In this document: one piece after another, positions 51,501 to 61,440 of the stretch
How the letters are laid out: every line of letters starts with the position of its first letter
Numbering within the stretch: position 1 is the first letter of the stretch
From: Fimbriosthenelais zetlandica
Taxonomy: Eukaryota
Assembly: GCA_977030845.1 (NCBI GenBank)
Contig: OZ365114.1
Span: 19,964,001 to 20,028,000 of the forward strand
DNA length: 64,000 nucleotides
Reading direction: 5' to 3'
Position numbers and translations under genes: made by a program
The notes under the pieces: generated by a model
Databases searched by the model: none
The model's input: the letters and a program-made list of their open reading frames with translations, nothing else
What the model was told of the DNA's origin: nothing

Positions 51501-54500
51501 TGCTCTAGTTCTTGTCTATATAGAATGGTCAACAGGCCAGAAGCACAGCTATACTACCAAAATTACTGCTGAAATTGAATGGTGAATCAGAAGACAGAAA
51601 GAGGGAAGAAAAGTACCTGATTATTGGGGAGAGAGAACAAAGAGATGATGATTGATGGAAGGTAGGAGAAGTAGGCAGAGATTCTGTAAATGAATACCAT
51701 TATAAGAGGGTGTATGCCAGGTAAAAAGAGTATAATAAAGTCAGCAGATAAATGTGTAGGATGATGTGCGAACAGACCAGCGAGTATTGAGAACCTCTAT
51801 ATTTACACCTACACACTGTATATATTAGACCATTTCTGCATATGGACTCAAAGGCTTATTGTTCAATAACAGGACCACATGTGGTCCTGTTCACAGCATG
51901 GAGGACTCATATTATGACTGGTCCATTAATATGTGTGCTGCCACTTGTATAGACGTATATTACACATATGCTTTATTTGCCAATGAGGCTCATAAGGTGT
52001 CATTGTTTGCGGCTCAATGAACTGATAATATTCACAATAGCATCATTCACCTGGTCATGTAGTATTACTGTCCTATACCCCTAGCAATTATGTATGCCAC
52101 ATATACATCTGCAGATGCATACATTATATATATGCCTTGATGTATATAATATGTAAGCATTCAGTGTATTGTTATTTGCAACATTATCCTCAAACAAGAA
52201 AGTAGCTTGACAATGGTAAACAATTCTGGGTCTATCAATCTTCAAAATATCTATTCAAGATATAACCCTGATAGATTACATACCAACCCCCATCCCATTC
52301 TAGTCCAATCTCCCTGAAGCCTCAACCCATCTTCTAACACAAAGCCAGGCCTGCCAGTCCCAGTGGCAGCCGACCCAATCTAAACCCCCATATACCCACA
52401 AACGCATGCAGAAACTAATCAACGGTCCAATTCCACAAGCAATCTGCCTAGAAGAAAGGGATAGGAAAATCAAAACACTTTCACTAATCAATTTTCTATC
52501 CTAAAATGTAGGAAACGCCAAGTGTTCCTCTTGGCTCTGGCTTTGTATGGGCAAAGTCACCCTGCAAGCCACCTCCATTAACATTACCAACATGGTGGCC
52601 ATGATGGATTGCCCAATATTATGAATGTTGGAATCTCTCTCCCTCTCAGACACCCCGCCCCTGGGATGTAGGTTCAGAGAATACTTGAATACCTGGTTAT
52701 CATTAATTTATGCCATCAGCATCGCCATGGTCCCAATGGACACAGGCTAGAGTGGGGGACAGCCTGTGGGGTTACATCATTAATATATATGGTGGCTTCG
52801 TTGCCAAGGCAACGACAGATTCTAATGTTTATCTGTGGTTTGGTATGGCCCTGGATCATTCACTTGATCCTTGGTTAAGCCAGTATGTGTGGGGGTTTGT
52901 GTTGGATTCCTTGTTTTAATAACCTATACCGTCCCCAATCATTGTGTTGTCCCTTCATATGACAACTGTGTAAGGCTAAGAGCTTAATAAGTCATTTCAT
53001 ATTCACCCTGTACTAATGATATTCCCATATGGATTTTTAATTCCATGCTGGCAGGGTGATAGAGAATGAAGAATCACTTCAATTTTTTTTTATGAATTGA
53101 AGACTTCAATGGATTTCTATTATCTGAGAATATCCCATACACTTCATTTATCAATCATGGGGCTCTTGTACAAGTTCTGCGGTGCTCCATCATAAACTGT
53201 CGGACATATCCTCTGAGCAACTGTGAACAAATGCGATGAAGAGAATAATTGGTGTGATAAAATGGTGTATACATTGTCTTTATTATTCTATGGATGCAGA
53301 AGATTTCGAATTATTCATCGAGTTATTTATGACGTGGGAGCAGTTGTCGCTTTCACTCATCCAGTATCCTCTCTACAGTTGAGCCCCGGGACTTTATGAA
53401 TATTAAATTACAAGCAAATCCTGTATGAGGGAGAGTTGCACAACCGTCCACAGCGGGTCCATGTCCACCATGCAGTTAAGTGCATTGGCAACTAGCAAAA
53501 GCAAGAAAAACAATAAGCGGAAATAAATTTCTGGTATGCCATGGGACCACAAGCCCCTAGACCCAGGGCCAAATGTCAACATTCTCCCAACTCCTCCACT
53601 CACATTTAATGAGGTCGTAATTTCTCAATCACTCCCTCTTTTTGAGTACATGTAATGTCCACTGAGATATCTACATTGACTCTTCTAAACGATGATAATG
53701 GGAGGGATGGACGAAGCCTCTCGTTTATCTTTATAATTGCCATTAGAAAGCCAAAAGAAGAGGGGAAAAATGGCCGAATTAGATGATCGCTTGACCTTCT
53801 GGCAGATGAAATAGATTTTAACGCTAAGTGCTGAGAGTTAGAATAAGCCATTATGAATGGAGTTTTTATGGTAGGTTTGGACGGTATTTGTATCATGTAA
53901 GCTGGGAAGAAGCCAGTAGGATAATTAGGTGCAGCTAAATACGGCCAACTCCCAAAGGCTAATTAGTATTCAAGGTTCCTCCTTAATGGGTCTATGAAGA
54001 TAGCTCTATCACCTCTTTTTCACAGGACCCAATTAAATTTGAATTCAAGCAGTATGATTCTGAGATTATTTGTTTGTCATCTTTCATTTTTATCATTTCA
54101 TTAGCTGATTGTTAGCAATTAGGGTTTGAGCGGTCACTAAACGGAATAAATTTAAAGGCTGCCTTCAAGAAACTAATAACATTAGCATTGAGAAGCTGAA
54201 AGCTGCGACCAAAGCTGTAATTTTCTCCCATATAATGCAGTACCACGCCTCAAGCAGAGAAAGGCAATAAAATCAGATGTAGGCCTACTTTGGGAAGAGG
54301 TATAAAAGAAAAATCAATTGGACATGAATATGAACCAAGATGTAGTACTATGAATTACACTAGTGCAGACAGAGGTCTGTGGAAAGAAAAGAGAAGGTTT
54401 CTTTCTTCTTCTTACTCCCCGCCCCCTCTTATCTGAGAATTCCTACGTTGAATATATTTCATATGCGGAGGAAAGAAAGGAGAGGTAGAATTTGAAGGAG

Positions 54501-56183
54501 ATCAAAGCTCCCCCAAAATCAACATCTATGGCACGCACAATTTTCATAATAGATATTCCACTATGTCCCTATAGAGTTTGTGGGAATGATTTATTCTAGG
54601 TACCCTAGGAAACTCCAGGGGCAAGAGGCCTCGACCCTCCGGGCCAAGAAGTCCCAGAAGAGACTATGCCGGCCAAGTGTATATCATGAACTACCCACCT
54701 ACCGAACACTTATAACCAGGATCCACCCTCACCATTGGCAGTGGTCAGTGTGGTATCTGATCCACTGCATAAACAATCATAAATTACCTATGCTCCCTCC
54801 TCAACTGTTCCACAATTGAATTTAACCTTCCATTAATTAATCATTATTATCTCTGCTTAAATGCATCAGACTGTTCATCAGGGTTTCAAGGTTTTGAAAG
54901 CTCGTTGGTTCTCATTGTCTTACAAATGGCCATGATGTTGCAGTGCCCTGTGTGTAAAGCAACCATGTTTTAAGGTGAACTGTGGTGTCAGTTAAGGAAT
55001 TTTCAGTAGGGCAGGCCAGCAGCCCTGCCAGGTCTGACAGTCACTGACTGACATAGAGCTGCAGCTACTGGTGGAGGGCTAACAGCTAGTCGCAGGCAGC
55101 AGCAGGCCCTAGTCTACTCCTGTTAGTGACAGCCACTCTCAGATTTATGAATATATTGAACGGCCAGCTCTGTTGCTGTGTTGAACAATAAGCTTCTGTC
55201 GACGATGATCATCATCCAGGCTAACTCTGTTGCCTGCAGAGTCTCTCACAGCATCATGTCCCGCATGTGTGGACAATCCTCCCCACACCCCCACTTCACA
55301 CATAAATGATCCACGAGTTTTCTCACATTGAGCGCCAGGCACTGGTTTTATAACAAAGATTATTTGTATGAACCAGTCTCAGAGCGATATATTGTATAGC
55401 ACATCTTTGTTCATATCCAGGTCCCAGAGGCTGCATCAAAGGGTTCTTTCATAATTAAGAAGCTCCTCATTAACCATTGCTAATTATATGGGCTGATGAT
55501 CTCTAGCAACAAAAATGTGCTGTTTCCTATCCACATGCTCAGGAGGAAGCTGATTAAAATTTGGTCATTGCATGGTTATATTGTCAGCAGTTGTGCAGCA
55601 CTCTGCATTATGATGGGATCAGTTAGGTAACCAGAATAGTCAGCTTTGAGCTTTCATTCAATGCTCAGGAATTGGATTTGAAGGGAGGTGGGTTGATTAT
55701 AGTAATGATGTAATAAAATCAATAGGACTGTGTAACTTGCATAGGAATATAATTAGTCCGTAATGACTACTTTCAACCATATGGTACAGAGGATGGTACT
55801 ATAGTGGTACCATACAGTTTAGGCCTTGATGGTGTTTATAAATACCTTTGACTCCAGGAAAATCTAATCGTTGCATCCAGGCTGTTATGTAGGCCTAATG
55901 TTCCTGGGACAAAACAGCAGAAGTCAGAGTTATTTTTGCACCTCATAAATTGCCTGTTACTGATGTGGCGGTAACATCTGCGTGTCATTTGAGAATATGT
56001 AATCATAGGTTACATCATAAAGGTTACTCAGTATATGCGTCTGGTTCATGTCATCTCTATTGGATCTGCATGCTTCACTGTGATCCAATTCACCCTCTGG
56101 ATAATATTTTCAAAACTGGCATTTTTCATTGTGAGTGTTTTTCTTTCTTCTTTTCAGGTGATCGAATCATCTGTCATAAGCCC

Positions 56184-56362
56184 CTGATGAAAATGGCGTC
56201 ATCATCAGTGTCAGGAAGCTTGGTCCCAGTTGCCTTCGCTGTTCCCTGCTCACATCAAGGATGTGCGCAATGACTTGCGCATTGGACAACCAATGGCTGA
56301 TTTGGAGGAGAAATCGGAAGTGCCACTCTGACTTCCGGCGCGTCTATCACCACCACTTCCTG
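56184..56362. promoter_or_regulatory. Promoter-like CpG island (YY1-, NRF1-, NF-Y- and ETS-type motifs)
   Basis: AAAATGGCG 56190-56198; TGCGCA at 56264 and 56276; ATTGG 56281 and CCAAT 56290; CGGAAGTG 56315, ACTTCCGG 56331, CACTTCCTG 56354. Confidence 0.55.
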
Positions 56363-57279
56363 TCAGTTGTGCATGCTGTCCCAGGCTCCCGGCTGAATGC
56401 TACATTTGTGCCCTACTTCAATGACCTGGGATAACTCAAGACCAACGAAGATGCTTTCTGGTGATACTGGAAAGAATGGTGTTCAGATAGATTACCATCC
56501 AAGTACACAACAAACATCCTTATAATTATCACTATTGTCAACCTATCCCAGTGGGCTGCTGCTAAGGCTGAGATTTCTGAATGTATTTCAGCCCTAATAC
56601 CTATATTACCTTGTTGTCCCCAGGCAAAAAAACAACAGAAAAAGTAGACTCTAGAGCGACTTTCAATGATATCTTGTATACTGCAGTTTCTAAGTGTATT
56701 CGACCCATACTCTAGCATTGGATACGAAACTAGAGAGAAAGAGGAGAGGCACACGGCACACTCCCATTTTTTTCCTTCACAGATTCGTGGGTTTGATGTT
56801 CTCGTTATATTTCATACAAGTTTAGGTACATTATGTACTCCTTTGTATACGTTGGATCTATCAGCACACTGCACAATCCAGTGAATGGTAAGAAGGACGC
56901 TTGGATTACCTTCTGGTAGGAATCGAAGTATCCTCCAAGCGGATCTGATTGGTATAATATACCTGAGGATATGTGCAAAACCATTAGTTGAATGGAAAAA
57001 AGAGGGACAACCTGCTTTGATATACTGCAGAAGAAGGGCATTGCATACAGTCTAGGCGCTATATGTATTTACCAAAGATATCAAAAGTATCATGCTCTGC
57101 TAAGATCAATAGCCGAAATTGAACCATTCTATTTTCTGCACATATTTAGCAATGGTCAAAGAGATGAAGGGGTGTCTCTAAGTCTCCTCTGAGCGTGAAT
57201 CATTACCGCTCTCTGAATGAGTTGGTATGTAAATCAGTTGCCTACACTATTGATACTGCTGGAGTTTAATTATTGTTTT

Positions 57280-57465
57280 CTCTATGGACCACCCAATCGA
57301 CAGCTGTTGAAAGGACAAAGGAAAGAAGGAAGTGTCAGCTGATCGACCGTCCGGAAACGATACAAATCTCAAATCAACTATAAGAAGCTAGGAAATAAGG
57401 AAAAAAGAACAACGAATCTACCACGAGATCAGTTGGAATGAAATTGTGAGAAATGACGTCGACCT
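57280..57465 (+). promoter_or_regulatory. Candidate proximal promoter/5' regulatory region of Shaw
   Basis: CpG-retaining. Perfect Gli-type GACCACCCA (57287-57295) overlapping CCAAT (57293-57297), two CAGCTG E-boxes (57301, 57336), ETS-like AGGAAGTG and CCGGAAA, and CRE-like TGACGTCG near 57454. Confidence 0.5.
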
Positions 57466-57488
57466 TGTGTTTCTCTTCTCTCTCTAGT
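57465..57488 (+). other. Candidate splice acceptor for the Shaw ATG-containing exon
   Basis: Polypyrimidine tract TTGTGTTTCTCTTCTCTCTCTAG ending in AG at 57486-57487, 112 nt upstream of the ATG. Confidence 0.45.
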
Positions 57489-57599
57489 TCTTGCATATTC
57501 CTCTCGTCCCTATTATCACCGTTATTTGGTGAATGAAGAGAACACTGACTGAGGTAAGCGAGGCAAAGTTCAAGCCAAGTGGCGCCCAGATAGGCAAAC

Positions 57600-58109
57600 A
57601 TGTCGGACGCCGAGAATCGTGTCATTCTCAACGTGGGTGGCATACGTCATGAAACGTATAAAGCCACCCTGAAGAAGATTCCCGCCACACGTCTCAGTCG
57701 ACTGACTGAGGCGTTGGCCAACTACGATCCTGTACTCAATGAGTACTTCTTTGATCGCCACCCAGGCGTCTTCGCCCAGATTCTCAATTATTATAGGACG
57801 GGCAAGTTGCACTACCCGACCGATGTCTGTGGACCTCTTTTTGAGGAGGAGCTTGAGTTTTGGGGTCTGGACGCTAACCAGGTGGAACCATGTTGTTGGA
57901 TGACTTATACAACGCACAGAGATACACAGGAGACACTGCAGATACTAGACCGGCTTGATCTTGACACAGACAAACCTACGGAGGAGGACATTATGAAAAA
58001 GTTCGGCCTGGAAGAAGAGTTCCAGGCAGGGGAGTTGAGCTGCTGGCAGAAAATCAAGCCCAAAATTTGGGCCCTCTTTGATGAACCTTACTCATCGACA
58101 GCAGCAAAG
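57600..58109 (+). CDS. Shaw: First coding exon (170 codons) of a Shaw/Kv3-type voltage-gated potassium channel: T1/BTB tetramerisation domain and pre-S1 linker; remaining exons lie outside the window
   Basis: Translation [35 protein letters not shown]...[54 protein letters not shown]...[18 protein letters not shown] matches invertebrate Shaw as I recall it, almost residue for residue. ATG in CAAAC-ATG context, in-frame TAG at 57591-57593, and AAG|GTAAGT donor at 58110 (phase 0). The ORF-track tail beyond 58109 is intronic read-through. Confidence 0.97.
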
Positions 58110-58115
58110 GTAAGT
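58107..58115 (+). other. Splice donor of Shaw intron 1 (AAG|GTAAGT)
   Basis: Consensus donor exactly where Shaw homology stops (after ...YSSTAAK). I found no S1-encoding exon (SFCLKTHP-like) up to 64000, so the intron is longer than 5.8 kb. Confidence 0.93.
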
Positions 58116-60149
58116 GACATGATATTTTACTCTTTAATATCCAACTTTTATGATTAACAAGGATTGGCCTGCCTTATATTAATATCCTGAAGAAAGATGT
58201 TAAAACAATGAATGAGCAGGGGGTTTTGTTCCAGGTCAATAGCGACTCCAGTATTCAATTTCTATATTGCATGATTTCATCATATCAGACGACATTTTCC
58301 CTCATGTTTGATAAACAGTCTGTGATGGTACATGTCCTTTCCATTTACTAAGATAAGTTTTGAAAGATCCTTTGATCAGTAAGAAATAATGTCCTTGAGA
58401 AATGGCATGAAGTCTGTCCAGAATTCCCAAGTTGTAAAATGAGTAAACTAATGCCACCTCTGCGATTTACCTCCAAGTATCGTGGTGCATGAGATCCTTC
58501 ACGGGACTCTACGAGATTTCCCTGAGGAGGATAAACTTGATAAGGAAGATCCAATTTGTGATCTATTAGGGGGGAGGGTTACTGTGGGACGAATAGAAGA
58601 GGCTTGGTCAGGGATCTTGTAACATTGTCAAGCCCCAACAGATGGGGCGGATCATAGGGCGAGCAAGTCCAGACCAGCTCGCCAATCCAGGTTAAAGAGG
58701 TCGGGCAGCGCACTTTCCACCTAATATTAACTAACCCAGACAAGATAAAACTATGTCAGCTCCACTTTCTGGGCACGTCCGAGTTTACTTCACAGAGTCT
58801 CACTGTTATGACTGCAGAGTGGATAAGGGTACGCATGTCTGTACATGCAATTAGTGCTTCAATTCTCCATGGGCTTTCGTTGGCTCTTGCAGCGTTAGAT
58901 ATTTGACCTCACCTTTGTCAGTCTGTTTTCCTCAAGAACATTCTTCCCTTACATTCATTTGTGGTAGAGGGATGGGAGGTGTCATGTTTAAGAGGCTGGG
59001 GATTGGGGAAAGGGTTATGGGGGAGTAGAGGGGGTTACCTTTTCCCGCCTGGAAGATCCCTTTGATAGTGGCAGGCAAGAATATTGATAATGTCAGCCAG
59101 AAACACGGCTCGCTTATCATTATTTATTGATAAGGGCATCCAGCATGAAACAGGCCTCACGTGACATGTGTGCTCGACGTCACGTGACAAAAGGACGCCT
59201 GAGGATGACACCGGAGGGAAATTTGTGTTCGCTGTAGTGCTCCATTGGCTGGGATGAAAATGCATCCATCAATAATCATGGCAGTCCCCTATACACTATA
59301 CTCCGGGATATTAGCCGATGGAGGAGGAAAGTCTGGCAAAATTCATTGAAACATTCAAGACATCCAATAATTGTGTAGTGTATAAAACCGAGTGTCAAAA
59401 ATTTGCCATTAAAAAAGTAATAACATCCCGCCAATCTAGAATTGGTCACAGGCAATAGGCCCATTTGTCATGCAAAGCCAATGGCCAGGAAACCCAGCAG
59501 TGTAGGCTTGGCATCCTAATTTTTAGTGAATTTTTGACAAGAAATAATTATGTCAAAATACATGAACATAGAAATTGATATGCTAATAATTATTTAGAAG
59601 TCTAGATAACAAGTTCAAAATGTGATATCAAATGGGAGAATTTGTTAATGTATATACATATATACGTTTATGTCGCTGTTGTTTGAATGCATTGTTGAGG
59701 GCAGACTGCAGACAAAATCTTGTAGTGCTTGTGGCACATTTCCATAGTTTTACCTGTAGAACTGGTGGCTAGAAAGAAGCAGCAGCTTCTGCAGCAGTGG
59801 TCACACCTAACACACATCTACACACACCCCTACACACAAGGCCATGTTCCATGGGAGCCTGACAGTTGTGAAAGTGGTGCCGGTCGGTGGTTCTGTTAAT
59901 GTGGTGATGTGGGGGTGGGTGTTGTGGTGGCTGGGAACCTAAGGTACAGGTATGATTTGCTGATTGGAGGTTATGAAAGTGATTGAGGCATTCTACAGGT
60001 AAATGTCTCACACCATCTCTCCACCTATAATGAACAAAAAATAATTGAATTCCAGTGAAAGCTAGCAAATCAATCAACGTCTAACGTCGTTGCTGCCATG
60101 CAATTGACCCGGTTTATGAACTCGTGAATCTTAACGTTCTTTTCAAACA

Positions 60150-60520
60150 GGCCTCAGGATATGTGCAGGATTGCACAGATATCAGACTTTGCCCATGTCT
60201 CTTGGTATTTGACATACACTGTACGATAAAGTCGTTGTTCTTGGAGCTTGAATACCAACGCCCTTTAAATGATCAGTTGTCTGCCAGATTCCATATATGG
60301 GTCATAAGCAACAGTTGTATTATTCTTACCTTACCTGTTCTTATGAACAAATTAGGATTTCATTTGTTAATACACTTGTCACTTGATTTATTGCCATTAA
60401 TGAATTGGCTTTCACAAGATCCATATAAAGGTCACCTTATTGGCCAGTGGCATTACCAACTCACTTTATATGGCTATACAGTTTACTCTAAACTGATCCA
60501 AGCATGGCTTCTGTAACATG
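60150..60520 (-). mobile_element. Decayed CR1/L2-type LINE RT in Shaw intron 1
   Basis: DQFR (Q.GFR), YMDLVKA (fiDl.KAFD, 60407-60424), KGVGIQA (GVPQG). Confidence 0.45.
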
Positions 60521-61029
60521 AGCATCCAATTATCATTACCATCAAATATGGCTTCTTTGGTACATTCAACTAATAAGCAAACATGTGGCAGTATCCAACC
60601 TGAGTTTTATTATTGAGTTTTATAATACTCTATTGTATATTTAGGAAATATCCTATCTGGTAGACGTGTGGATATGTGGATAACATAATATATTTGCGCG
60701 AGTGTGGTCCTACAACAGTAGGGAAGCCACTGCTGAAGAACCGGTAGCAGTTGAGTGCTGTCTCGCTATAGCTTTTATGGCTTCACCAATGTGTCTGGTG
60801 CGTTCAAGAATCTATAGTGTATCCTGTCTGCAAAGGACCTTCTCCCCTTCCTAAGAAAAACTAATGAGTCTGGAAAAGGAGGGTGCAATAAAGAAGATGA
60901 CTGAGTGAGCAATATTCCATTTCAATTTCCTGTCAAAGGAATTGCTTTACACTATCCTCATGTCACTAGGGAGGATTTCTTGACATGCATGGATGAAGTT
61001 TTGAATGCATCCGATGCCCCTTAGAGCCT

Positions 61030-61440
61030 GTACAGGGATGGTGACCTTCTGTCAGAATATACTCCATACAGGCTAGAGTTGGATGTCAACCCAGTCAAAC
61101 ACATCTCATGCACCGGAAGGAAACCCAGGAGTTGAAGAAGGAGAAGCATCTCTGTACTTGCTGTGCAGATTGAGGGGGAATGAGAGGCAAGAGAAGAAGG
61201 AGGAGGTGGTGGAGAAGGCCGAGGAGCTGTGGGTGGAATTTTCCACATCATCATACAAGGCTGGCCAATCAGACACCAAGAGGGTCAAAGTAAACCCTCA
61301 TCATTCTCCCCTCGCCCAGGACCCACACTCAAACAACCCCAACATGCACTTTTTCTCCGGACTCTTCATCTAATCATCGCATGCCAGGTTATTGACCTTT
61401 GCAGAAAAAGCCAAGCAGTAATATGGTCCCCTCTATTCTC
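61030..61440 (+). mobile_element. Gypsy pol remnants in Shaw intron 1
   Basis: IIIQGWP (61247-61267) and FLRTLH...IDLCRKSQAVIWSP resembling iL..LH.gH.Gi.kck.rAr..vwWP; upstream YRLELDVNPVKH resembles the pol N-terminal segment. Confidence 0.4.

Noticed and set aside
56141-56160. Strong acceptor TTCTTTCTTCTTTTCAG|G as the start of a coding exon
   Set aside because: All frames close within about 115 nt, and no convincing donor follows nearby; kept only as context for the promoter-like island
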